Source: Candidatus Omnitrophota bacterium
GTDB taxonomy: Bacteria > Omnitrophota > Gorgyraeia > Gygaellales > Profunditerraquicolaceae
Reading direction: 5' to 3'
Assembly (NCBI GenBank): GCA_023818655.1
Contig: JAMWCI010000003.1
Span: forward strand, 1-42,620
DNA length: 42,620 bases
Below the pieces are notes generated by a model. It was not told the origin of the DNA, did not search any database, and worked only from the letters and a program-made list of their open reading frames with translations. The first letter of the stretch is position 1. Every line of letters starts with the position of its first letter. This document shows positions 32,936 through 42,495 of this stretch, one piece after another. Made by a program: the position numbers and the translations under genes.

Positions 32936-34912
32936 CTAGGCAGGGACCAAAAATATTACCAGATTCAACAGGCTGTGGGTGATGATAGCCGGCATAATGG
33001 ATTTTGTCCTGAGGTAGATAATACTTAACACAATACCCACAACCAAATAATATGGCGCGGCCGCAAAAGTATCATGGTCACAGGCAAAAACCAACGCGCT
33101 GATAAATACAGCGCTGCGCCTTCCCACAAATTGGCTGAGGAAAAGAAAGAGAAAAATCCTGAAGAGTATTTCTTCGCTGATTGGCCCTACTATCGACATA
33201 GAGGTTAGCATTAAGCACTTCTGCATAAAGTTGCCCTGTGTCCTGAATTGCTCAATGAAGTCATGCAGAGGATGATGAGGAGGGCTAAAATAAAGTATCC
33301 TTTCCAGAAAATAATTATACGCTGTACCGAACAACAACAACCCTGTCACGGCAACTAACGGCACGATAAGGCTATATTTTGCTCCCAGCCAAATAAATCC
33401 CAGTCTTTGATAATCAAATTTATATTTATCTATAAGAAGTTTTGCGCATAAAACAACAGTGATAATTTCTGAAAAAATAAGGCCGATGATAAAAGGATCT
33501 GCCTTAAATCTTCCTAAAAAGTTATGCCCAAAATAATTTATACTAAACAACGCCATCTGCATAAACGGCGTAAGCAATAGTATTAAAACCCAGAAGAGCC
33601 ATAAGTGCCGCAATCTAAAATTAGTCTGCAAGACCTCGGCTATCTTCTTATAAAAAAATATCCGGGAAAAGATAAGGAATAAGAGAATATTGAAACCAAT
33701 GGATAATACCGTTCCAAGAATAAAGAAAGCAAGTTCCCTTGGTTTGTAAAAGCCGATTAACTGCAGAAAGGCATTGTTATAATCTCCCTGCGCCGAATAT
33801 ATCTCAAAAAGGCGCTGCCGCGTCCGGTAGACGTATGCCCCTTCTGAACAACGACCACCACCTTTGACATAACACAATTTCTTTGGGTCAATTTTGGCTA
33901 TCTCCTGAAGCAGGTTTTTCTCCGCGTTATAATCCTTCTTACCTTTATAAATCAGTGACCTCTGGTATTTAAACCAGACAGGAGAATATAAATCCGGGCA
34001 ACTCTTCTCCAAATCGCCCAGCGCAGACATTGCCTTGTCATACTCTTTAAGCTTATAATAAACCCGGTAACGGCTGTATCCAACCCATTCTTTCTGGTCT
34101 TTTCTCAGGGATTTATTTTTCAGACTATTCAATATGGTCTCTGCTTTCTCGTATTGCCCTGTCCTTTCATACACCCAAGCCTTATAGGTCAATATATCGG
34201 AAGTAAAGCGGGAACCTGGGTTATCGGCAAGGTATCTATCGCATTCTGCAATCGCCCTGCCTGGCATAAAATAACCTAATCGGCGTATTTCGTTTAGGCG
34301 CTTGCGGAAATAATCCGGATAGCTCTTATTAACCTGCTCGATAAATTTTACATTGTTTGATTTCATCACATAATAGACCGCATCCGTTGGGTCATCAGGC
34401 CAATGCGCCGCTCCTAACTCTTTCTTCATCGCATATGCCTGTTTTAAATAACGCCAAGCCCTGTCAGGCTTATTCTCGTATATGCAAATCTTACCGAGGT
34501 TATAAAGGGCTATTTCATAGTTGGAATTATCATTTTTTTCTCTGATTAGAAGCAATGCCTTCTCAAATAAAGGCATGGCTTTAATAAAATCTCCTTGGTC
34601 CATATAAAGTGCGCCGAGTTGCATACTGGCTTTGTAAAAATTGGGGTCGAGTCTCAATGCTTCCTTAAGGCTCTTTTCTTCTTCTGTAAATCGCTTCTTG
34701 GCATCTAGATATTTGGCGTAACGATACCATTCATAGACAGTTGTTGGTCTTGGGAATTCTGGTTGCGTACGGAATAATCTTTGGTTTTTAAATACGGAAA
34801 ATAAAAGCAGAATATCGGCAAGGACGATGGCAACAATGAAAGACCTGCGGATACGTAGTGAATTTTTCTTGGAAGAACTATCCTGTTCAGATGCCTTTGT
34901 TGAAAATGCCAT
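32936..34912 (-). CDS. TPR-repeat protein fused to a CPBP-family intramembrane protease domain
   Basis: TPR-like repeats in the N-terminal half. The C-terminal TM region carries SEEILFR, FACDH and HSLLN (CPBP motifs). I prefer the ATG at 34912 (AAGGGGGA upstream) over the track start at 35002. Confidence 0.7.
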   Translation of the reverse strand: MAFSTKASEQDSSSKKNSLRIRRSFIVAIVLADILLLFSVFKNQRLFRTQPEFPRPTTVYEWYRYAKYLDAKKRFTEEEKSLKEALRLDPNFYKASMQLGALYMDQGDFIKAMPLFEKALLLIREKNDNSNYEIALYNLGKICIYENKPDRAWRYLKQAYAMKKELGAAHWPDDPTDAVYYVMKSNNVKFIEQVNKSYPDYFRKRLNEIRRLGYFMPGRAIAECDRYLADNPGSRFTSDILTYKAWVYERTGQYEKAETILNSLKNKSLRKDQKEWVGYSRYRVYYKLKEYDKAMSALGDLEKSCPDLYSPVWFKYQRSLIYKGKKDYNAEKNLLQEIAKIDPKKLCYVKGGGRCSEGAYVYRTRQRLFEIYSAQGDYNNAFLQLIGFYKPRELAFFILGTVLSIGFNILLFLIFSRIFFYKKIAEVLQTNFRLRHLWLFWVLILLLTPFMQMALFSINYFGHNFLGRFKADPFIIGLIFSEIITVVLCAKLLIDKYKFDYQRLGFIWLGAKYSLIVPLVAVTGLLLFGTAYNYFLERILYFSPPHHPLHDFIEQFRTQGNFMQKCLMLTSMSIVGPISEEILFRIFLFLFLSQFVGRRSAVFISALVFACDHDTFAAAPYYLVVGIVLSIIYLRTKSIMPAIITHSLLNLVIFLVPA

Positions 34913-35048
34913 ATTATCCCCCTTCTTACTACACAACCTTTGGCGGTTATTATCTTTTAAGCAAAAATATCCTTTTGATTCTAAAGTTATTATACGAAAC
35001 AACCATTCTTTTTGCCAATAAATTTTTGCTGAAGAAGCAATGAGCTGT

Positions 35049-36187
35049 TTAAAAGGTTACGTAAGGTCTGGCTTTAGCAATTATTTTATTAACCTTTCCC
35101 AGATCCTCAAGAGCGCGAATCTTTCTTGCGTTCTGCCGAAATGCTAATATACGCTCAACCATAATCTGGCCTAATCCTGGTACGCGTAAGAGGCGGTATT
35201 TATCGTCTTTATTTATATTTACCGGAAAAAACTCCGGATGCCTCTTTGCCCATATCTCTTTTGGGTCTGTCTCCAGAGATAGATTGCCATTTTCATCAAA
35301 AGGAATCTCATCAGCCCTGAACCCGTATTTCCTGATAAGCCAATCTATCTGATAGAGCCGGTGCTCGCGGTTTAAAAGCCCTTCATTGCTAATCCCGGAG
35401 GTCTCTCCGGGAAGCTCGCAAGAACCTGCCTGTCGTTGATAGGCGTTGAAATAAACACGGCTTAAACCCCACTCCTTGTACAGGTTCCAAGCGTAATTAA
35501 CAATTTCCTTATCTGTTTCGTAGGAGGCGCCGATACAAACTGCGTGGTTTGTTTTACTCCGCAGTATGCAGCGCCTTTGGCCGTCAGAGCGCTGATTAAC
35601 TGTATGGGTCGGAGAATATCCAGAGAATAATCCTTGGTTGTGGTTAGATATTTAAAATTATTTTCACCTGCAGTTTCTATATTTAGAGATACGGCGTTAG
35701 CCAATGCCAGACTCTGGCGGATAGCCGCATTAGATGCGCCGGGTATAATTTTTAAATGTATGTAGCCTCGGAATTGCATCTTACGCAAAATACGGGCTGT
35801 CTCGTTAATCTGTTCCATAGTGGAATCGGGGTTAGTTGTAACTGCACTACTTAAGAAAAGACCGCTTACCCTGCGGGCACGGTAATAGGAAAGAAAAACC
35901 TGAACCAGTTCCTGCGGCAAAAGAGAGCAGCGCTCTGTCTCTACCTCTGCCCTTAAAGGGCAATACATGCAATTATTGACACAAGCGTTAGAAAGCAGTA
36001 TCTTGAAGAGATAGGTGTATACGCCATTGGGAAGTAAGACCGGATATATCCATTTATTCTCCTTTGAGCGCCGGCGATGCTCATCATCGCTGGTTCCACA
36101 AGCGCAGGCGAGGTCATAACGAGAGTCCCGGGAGAGAATTGTGAGTTTTCCTTCGGTATCAAGGGTTCTCTTGATTAATAACGCCAC
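35049..36187 (-). pseudogene. putative DNA modification/repair radical SAM protein, interrupted by a frameshift near 35533-35537
   Basis: The track ORF 35462-36187 carries CVNNCMYCP. After ...GVKQTTQFV the homologous sequence continues in another frame: IGASYETDKEIVNYAWNLY...REHRLYQIDWLIRKYGF...LLRVPGLGQIMVERIL...*, with its stop at 35049-35051. Confidence 0.7.
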
Positions 36188-36366
36188 TTTTTGCCTCCTG
36201 TAAAAAAATACCTTCGCCTTAAAAAGACGAAGATTTTAATTATTTTCGCCATATTGATTGACGGATCCGCTTCTCTTTATAGCGGACCCCAAACATACCC
36301 AGCCAATTTTTTGTTTCTTTATACACTGCCATCAGCTGGTTGCCAAGCTTATTATCATCTTACTAC

Positions 36367-37500
36367 CTATTCCAGTCTTTTATGGAATCTCAAAGAACTT
36401 ATAGTAATCACGCCTACTCCGATAATCAAAAGCACCAGTATCTGCGGCCAAAGAATGTTAATTCCTACTCCTTTTAAGAATATACCTCTTACAATCTCCA
36501 AGTAATATCTAAGAGGTATAATGTAGGTAAGATATTGAACTAATTTAGGCATACTAGTTATCGGAAAAGCAAACCCCGATAGTAGATTCATTACGGGCAA
36601 GAATAAAAATACAGACATCGCAGCCTCTTGTTGAGTTGAAGAGATGCTCGAAATGAACAATCCTACCCCTAAAGTAGTCAATAAATATATGCAGGTTGAG
36701 TCGATGAGCAACAACATACTACCTCTCAGGGGAATTTTAAACCAAAGGACTCCTACCGCCGCGATAAAAATAATGTCAATAAAGCTAATTACGACAAAAG
36801 GTGTAAGCTTACCCAAAATAAATTCGATAGGCCTAATTGGCGAGACCAACAGCTGTTCCATAGTGCCGATTTCTTTCTCCCTAACTATGGCTAATGCGCT
36901 CAAGAGAATAGAAGTAACTGTCACTAACATAGCAATTACACCCGGGATGAAATAATTTCTGGACTCCAAATTCTCATTAAACCAAACACGCTCCCTCAAC
37001 TCTACGTCCGGATAAACTAATTCTTTTTTTAACAGTATATTGGCGCGATTTTGCAAGACAGAATTTGAGTATTTCTGGATGATTTTAGCAGCATAAGACA
37101 AGGCGATGGCGGCGGTATTGGAATCTGTGCCATCAAGGATAAATTGGATTTGAGCTCCCCGATTGCCTTCCAAGTCATTGGCAAAACCATGGTTAAATCG
37201 TAGCACTACAGACACCCGTCCTTTATCAATTAAGTCTCTTTCTTCTTTATCATTGCCTATATACTTTTTTATCTTAAAGTATTTTGAAAAAGAAAATCTC
37301 CTGATCACCTCGCGACTGGCAGGGCTATTATCTAAATCATAGATAGCAGTAGGAATATTTTTTACATCGGTGCTAACCGCGTAACCAAAAATAAGCACCT
37401 GCAGTATCGGACCAATAAATATCATAAACTGCATTCGCGGATCGCGAAAGACCTGTTTGAATTCCTTGACCACAATAGTCTGGATGCGCTCAAGCATCAA
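36367..37500 (-). CDS. ABC-2 type exporter permease (YbhR/YbhS-like)
   Basis: 377 aa. N-terminal IVVKEFKQVFRDPRM, a large periplasmic loop and C-terminal TM bundle. Confidence 0.85.
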   Translation of the reverse strand: MMLERIQTIVVKEFKQVFRDPRMQFMIFIGPILQVLIFGYAVSTDVKNIPTAIYDLDNSPASREVIRRFSFSKYFKIKKYIGNDKEERDLIDKGRVSVVLRFNHGFANDLEGNRGAQIQFILDGTDSNTAAIALSYAAKIIQKYSNSVLQNRANILLKKELVYPDVELRERVWFNENLESRNYFIPGVIAMLVTVTSILLSALAIVREKEIGTMEQLLVSPIRPIEFILGKLTPFVVISFIDIIFIAAVGVLWFKIPLRGSMLLLIDSTCIYLLTTLGVGLFISSISSTQQEAAMSVFLFLPVMNLLSGFAFPITSMPKLVQYLTYIIPLRYYLEIVRGIFLKGVGINILWPQILVLLIIGVGVITISSLRFHKRLE

Positions 37501-37508
37501 GCTCTCTT

Positions 37509-38639
37509 TTAGGCAACCTTCTTTTGAAATCTACGATACGCCAAACCCATCATCATAAATGTAAACAGCGATAAATACAGCGCCTCACGCCACAAAATAC
37601 CCAATCCTTCGCCTTTTAAGTAAATACCCCTGAGTATCGCAATAAAATAACGCGCCGGAACAACATAGGTGATGAGTTGGATAATTTTAGGCATATTGTA
37701 AATTGGAAAGACAAAACCAGAAAGTATGAACGTAGGTAAAAATGTGGTCAGCACGGCCATCTGCGTAGCTAAACGTTGATTCTTGGCGACCACTGAGAAA
37801 TAAATACCTTGCGCCAGAGCACCCATAAGAAAAATAGCGCTTGAAATAAGGATTAAGATTAAGCTACCCCTTAAAGGGACCAAAAAAATAAACTGTGCCA
37901 TAGCTACCGCTATCAAGATATCAAAGAATCCAATCAGAAAATAAGGAATGAATTTTCCTAAGATAAGTTCTTCTCGCCTAATGGGTGTAGAAATCAGTTG
38001 CTCCATAGTCCCTCTCTCCCATTCTCGGGCTACGGTTATAGAAGCCAGTTGAGCGGCAATCATCATAATAATCATGGCAATTATTCCAGGGACAATATAA
38101 TTTTTACTCTTTAAGTCTTCATTAAACCAAACCCTTGCTCTTAAATCTATTGGTGAAAGTTTTTTGATGCCTGATTTTAATATAGACTCATTGATTAAAT
38201 TTTCATTGTATCCTGCCACGACGGCGTTGACATATCCTATGGCAATAGTTGCGGTGTTAGCGTCGCTTCCGTCAACTAACAGCTGCACTGGGGCAGTTTG
38301 GCTGGATTGTATATGCCTGGCAAAATCCTTTGGTATAACCATCCCCATCATCGCCTTTTTGGTATTTATATAGTTCTCTAATTGGCTATAGTTATCGAGA
38401 TAGGCAACAATTTTAAAATAAGGTGAGTCTTTAAAACCCTGGATAAAGTTAATTGACGCCTGCGACTTATCCTGATTCCATATCGCCAAGAGTACATTAT
38501 TCACATCGAGAGAAAGGGCAAAACCAAACATACAAAGCAGAATAACGGGATTGAAAATTGCCAGGCCTAGACTCCGGTAATCGCGGATAATTTGAATAAA
38601 TTCTTTTTTGGCTATGGCATTAACCCTTTTTAAATCCAC
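37509..38639 (-). CDS. ABC-2 type exporter permease (YbhS/YbhR-like)
   Basis: AIAKKEFIQIIRDYRS and a similar architecture. I prefer the GTG at 38639 (AAGGAG 6 nt upstream) over the track ATG at 38696, which would overlap the ATPase gene by 77 nt. Confidence 0.85.
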   Translation of the reverse strand: MDLKRVNAIAKKEFIQIIRDYRSLGLAIFNPVILLCMFGFALSLDVNNVLLAIWNQDKSQASINFIQGFKDSPYFKIVAYLDNYSQLENYINTKKAMMGMVIPKDFARHIQSSQTAPVQLLVDGSDANTATIAIGYVNAVVAGYNENLINESILKSGIKKLSPIDLRARVWFNEDLKSKNYIVPGIIAMIIMMIAAQLASITVAREWERGTMEQLISTPIRREELILGKFIPYFLIGFFDILIAVAMAQFIFLVPLRGSLILILISSAIFLMGALAQGIYFSVVAKNQRLATQMAVLTTFLPTFILSGFVFPIYNMPKIIQLITYVVPARYFIAILRGIYLKGEGLGILWREALYLSLFTFMMMGLAYRRFQKKVA

Positions 38640-39600
38640 AGTTTGCTCCTTCCCGGGTATCGTAAGATTCAATAAGAGAAACAAAAACATCTTCAAGGGA
38701 GGCGGTTATCTTCTCTATAGCGTAATCCCTTACACCTCTCCGGGAAAACAATCCGATAATATCTGACTTTGCCTGCTGCGCGTCTTTTACTATCGCATGT
38801 AACATAACGCCAAATAAAGCCGCTTCCTTCACTGATTCCAGTTTTTCCAACTCTTCTATCCATTCTTCGGGCTCTGGTACTGATATCCTCAGAACGGTCT
38901 CCCGCATGCATTCTTTCTTTAGTTCTAAAGGTCTGCCCATAGCGATGATGTCTCCCCGGTAAATAAGCGCCAACCTATCGCAATTCTCCGCTTCATCCAT
39001 GTAATGCGTGGTGACAAAAACAGTTGTACCCTGACCCGCCATTTCTTTTATCAGACTCCAGAAGTTGTTTCTGGCAATAGGGTCTACGCCTGACGTCGGT
39101 TCATCCAAAAATACTATTCTTGGTTGATGAATAAGCGCGCATCCCAGCGCCAATCTCTGCTTCCATCCCCCAGAGATCGTCCCAGTTAAATGCGTTCTAA
39201 ACGGCTCAATGCCCGCCATCCTGATTACCCAATCCTTGCGTTCCCTTCTTAATTCTCTGGGGACGCTATAAATACCACAGTAAAAATCAATATTTTCCTC
39301 CACGGTCAGGTCTTCATATAAAGAAAACCTCTGAGACATATAACCGATATTTTGCTTTATCAATTCCTGTTGCCGATTAATATCGTAACCACCGACACTG
39401 CCGCTTCCTGATGTAGGCGTTAAAATCCCGCACAGCATTTTAATGGTGGTTGATTTCCCCGCGCCATTTGGACCAAGAAATCCAAACACCTCGCCTTTTC
39501 TGACTTCAAAACTGATACGATTGACGGCTGTAAATTCTCCGAACCGTTTTTCTAATTTTTCCACTTTCACCGCAATATCGTCATTCAAGACCATATTCAT
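38620..39600 (-). CDS. ABC transporter ATP-binding protein (second ATPase)
   Basis: GPNGAGKST, LSGGWKQRL and FLDEPTSGVD, with a C-terminal extension. Confidence 0.9.
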   Translation of the reverse strand: MNMVLNDDIAVKVEKLEKRFGEFTAVNRISFEVRKGEVFGFLGPNGAGKSTTIKMLCGILTPTSGSGSVGGYDINRQQELIKQNIGYMSQRFSLYEDLTVEENIDFYCGIYSVPRELRRERKDWVIRMAGIEPFRTHLTGTISGGWKQRLALGCALIHQPRIVFLDEPTSGVDPIARNNFWSLIKEMAGQGTTVFVTTHYMDEAENCDRLALIYRGDIIAMGRPLELKKECMRETVLRISVPEPEEWIEELEKLESVKEAALFGVMLHAIVKDAQQAKSDIIGLFSRRGVRDYAIEKITASLEDVFVSLIESYDTREGANCGFKKG

Positions 39601-39619
39601 TTATCATAGAAATAAACGC

Positions 39620-40312
39620 CTATTCCAATGTATTTGCCTTGCGGCTTGTCTTAATCGCAGAAGGAGAATCGCATTTAAGCAGCCTTCCTTTGTGGATTAG
39701 ACCTACCCTGCGGCAACGTTCTGCTTCATCCAAATAAGATGTAGAAAAGAATATAGTTACTTTTTCTTTAAGGAGCTGATAAAGTATCTGCCAGAAATCC
39801 CTGCGCGACACAGGGTCAACGCCATTGGTAGGCTCATCTAAAAAAAGCACTTTCGGAGTATGGATGAGGGCGCAGGCGAGCCCTAATTTTTGCTTCATTC
39901 CGCCGGAGAGGTTCCGCGTAAGTCTTTTCCCAAATGGCCCTAATCCGCTGAATCCCAACAACCGCTCCATGCGAACCCCTCTTTCTTTCTTCGGCACTCC
40001 ATAAATATCGGCATAAAAATTTATGTTTTCAATTACCGTCAACTCTTCGTAAAGCCCGAAACGTTGAGGTATATAGGCGATATAATCCTTTAGCCCATCG
40101 GATTCTTTAATAATGCGTCTGCCAAAAACCCATGCCTCTCCTGCATCCGGCTCTAATATTCCGTTCAACAACCGCATAGTCGTAGATTTTCCCGCGCCAT
40201 CAGGACCAACTAATCCGAAAATCTCTCCTTCTTCTATCTCCAAAGAGAGATTATCCACAGCTGTAACCTGAGCGAATTTTTTAGTAAGATTTCGGGCTCT
40301 TATAATAACCAT
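39620..40312 (-). CDS. ABC transporter ATP-binding protein (first ATPase)
   Basis: GPDGAGKST, LSGGMKQKL and FLDEPTNGVD. Confidence 0.9.
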   Translation of the reverse strand: MVIIRARNLTKKFAQVTAVDNLSLEIEEGEIFGLVGPDGAGKSTTMRLLNGILEPDAGEAWVFGRRIIKESDGLKDYIAYIPQRFGLYEELTVIENINFYADIYGVPKKERGVRMERLLGFSGLGPFGKRLTRNLSGGMKQKLGLACALIHTPKVLFLDEPTNGVDPVSRRDFWQILYQLLKEKVTIFFSTSYLDEAERCRRVGLIHKGRLLKCDSPSAIKTSRKANTLE

Positions 40313-40313
40313 A

Positions 40314-41147
40314 TTATTCTATAATATACCCATCTGCGGGCATCCCGGGTTTAAGCTCTAAAGCGGTGTTATCTACTTTAATCTTAATCCGATAGACTAA
40401 CTTTACCCGTTCCTCGGTAGTCTGAATCTGTTTTGGCGTAAACTCTGCTTCCTGCGAAATAAAAGAAACGTAGCCTCGATAAACCTTTTTCGGATATGTA
40501 TCCGTCTTAATCTCAACATTCTGATTGAGCTTCACCCTGCCTAAATCAGTCTCATTTATATAGGCGGTCAACCATATATCATGGAGGTTTACTGCGCTAA
40601 ATATAGTGGCGCCTGGCTGTACTACCTCTCCGACCTCAGCGCTTTTTACCAACACAAATCCGTCTATAGGAGAATATAGATTAGCAAACCCAAGCCGGGT
40701 TTCAGCTAATTCAAACGTAGCCCTTAGCGCCTCCAGTTCTGCCTGTTTAGCGTCTGCCTTTGTCAAAACCGAATCCTTTTTCTGCGCAGAGATAGCTCCT
40801 GTCTGAAAGAGATTTTGGGCACGCTCGGCATCAACTTTATCTAAGGCATACTGAGCCTCTGCGGATTTTAGAGATGCCTTTGCCTGGTCTCTTATCTTAG
40901 TCAATTCATCTGTTTCCAGCCTTGCCAATATCTGTTCTGCTTTTATGCTGCTGCCTTCATCAACAAGTAATTGGGCGATTTTGCCACCTACCCTGAATGA
41001 AAGACGGACCTCCTGCGCCTCAATATTGCCGGAGACCCTTATTTTCTTGTTTGCGTCCCTTCTCCGTAAATGAAGATAAAAAAATACTGTCGCAACCATC
41101 ACCGCCACCAGCCCCATAAATAAAAACATCTTAATCTTTCTCTTCAT
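40314..41147 (-). CDS. HlyD-family periplasmic adaptor (YbhG-like)
   Basis: N-terminal TM segment, coiled-coil hairpin and a beta-barrel ending ...LKPGMPADGYI. Confidence 0.85.
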   Translation of the reverse strand: MKRKIKMFLFMGLVAVMVATVFFYLHLRRRDANKKIRVSGNIEAQEVRLSFRVGGKIAQLLVDEGSSIKAEQILARLETDELTKIRDQAKASLKSAEAQYALDKVDAERAQNLFQTGAISAQKKDSVLTKADAKQAELEALRATFELAETRLGFANLYSPIDGFVLVKSAEVGEVVQPGATIFSAVNLHDIWLTAYINETDLGRVKLNQNVEIKTDTYPKKVYRGYVSFISQEAEFTPKQIQTTEERVKLVYRIKIKVDNTALELKPGMPADGYIIE

Positions 41148-42495
41148 TGCCTTCCTCCGTAAAGTATTCTTTACCGATAGACTTTTCTAAAAAGGCCTTT
41201 GCCATTATATAGTCATACACAGCTTCCGAATAATTCTTTTCTATTTGGCTTAAGGTTACCTGAGAATCCAATACATCAAGATTGGTGCCTTCCCCACTGT
41301 AAAAACGAACCTGCGCAATCCTTAATGCCTCTTTCGCCTCTTCAATATCGTCCTTGGAAGCCTCAATGATGGAAAGGGCCTGATGCAAATCCAGGCATCC
41401 CTTTTTAATCTCTACGGCAATCTGTTCTCCTAAATTGTCTTTCTCTAAGCAGGATTGGACGTAACGCGCCTTTGCCTCTTCTACCTTTGCCATTGCGGAG
41501 AAAGCGTCAAATATAGGAATGCTCACACTAACACCTGCGCTCCAGAGATTATGCCTGCTATTAAACATATTCCCTAGGTTATTCGACCTATAACCATAGT
41601 TTAAACTGGCATTAATCTGAGGCAGACCCGAGGCGCCTGCGGTCTGTATCTGCAATTTATTCATATCTATCCCTAAGAGCTTCAAGTTCATCTCTGGCCT
41701 GTGCATATACGCGTCCTTCAAGAATCTCTCTTCGTCCACCTGTATCGGAAAAAAAATCAACTTATCCTTTATTTCTACAGAATCCTGCATCTTTAAAGAA
41801 AGTAGTTTCTTGAAATCAGCTGTGATAGATTCTACTGCATTATTTGCCTTGACAACTTCTGGCTTAATCTTTGAGACCTGAACCTTTGATTGCAGAAGAT
41901 CAAACCTTGAGGCTATCCCCTGGCTGAATTTATGCTTGACGTCTTCATAATGCGATTGCGCCTGACGCAATAAACTAGAGGCAATCCGTTCATTCTCATA
42001 AGCAAGAAGTAATCCATAATAAAGTCTCTTTGTTTCAAACGCCACATTCAATTTACGAAGACGCAGCGTCTCTTCTTGAATCCTTAACCTGATTTTTGCT
42101 TGCTTGAAATTGGCGTAATCGGCTCCGCCGTTATAAACCGTCTCATCTATAGATACCCCCATAGTGTTGTCGTTTTGGTACCCGCTAAAAACTCCTACAT
42201 CCTTCTTTGCCCCTGTTGTGGCTAATCGCAATATAGCGCCATTATGAGTATACGCCGTGTTCAGGTTTACCTTGGGAAGGAAACGACCGTATGCGTAAAG
42301 AATATTCGCCTTGGCGACTTTAATCTCTTCTTCCTGAATCTGAATATCCCTGTTGTTCTCAAAGGCTATCCTAATGGCATCTTGCAGGGATAGGCTATAA
42401 TGACGCGGTTCTTCCGCGGTATCGCAAAAACCAGAAGGTGTCCCCAATAATAAACACAAAATACCTTCCGATAATATTTTTGTAATCCGCATCAT
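41131..42495 (-). CDS. TolC-family outer membrane efflux protein
   Basis: 454 aa with a signal peptide and a two-fold repeat of the TolC/OEP pattern. First gene of the exporter cluster. Confidence 0.85.
   Translation of the reverse strand: MMRITKILSEGILCLLLGTPSGFCDTAEEPRHYSLSLQDAIRIAFENNRDIQIQEEEIKVAKANILYAYGRFLPKVNLNTAYTHNGAILRLATTGAKKDVGVFSGYQNDNTMGVSIDETVYNGGADYANFKQAKIRLRIQEETLRLRKLNVAFETKRLYYGLLLAYENERIASSLLRQAQSHYEDVKHKFSQGIASRFDLLQSKVQVSKIKPEVVKANNAVESITADFKKLLSLKMQDSVEIKDKLIFFPIQVDEERFLKDAYMHRPEMNLKLLGIDMNKLQIQTAGASGLPQINASLNYGYRSNNLGNMFNSRHNLWSAGVSVSIPIFDAFSAMAKVEEAKARYVQSCLEKDNLGEQIAVEIKKGCLDLHQALSIIEASKDDIEEAKEALRIAQVRFYSGEGTNLDVLDSQVTLSQIEKNYSEAVYDYIMAKAFLEKSIGKEYFTEEGNEEKD

Noticed and set aside
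32670-32982. Two overlapping plus-strand ORFs (64 and 69 aa) in the 354-bp gap between the TPR-CPBP gene and the exported-protein gene.
   Set aside because: They have no SD, hydrophobic low-complexity translations typical of AT-rich non-coding DNA, and they overlap each other.
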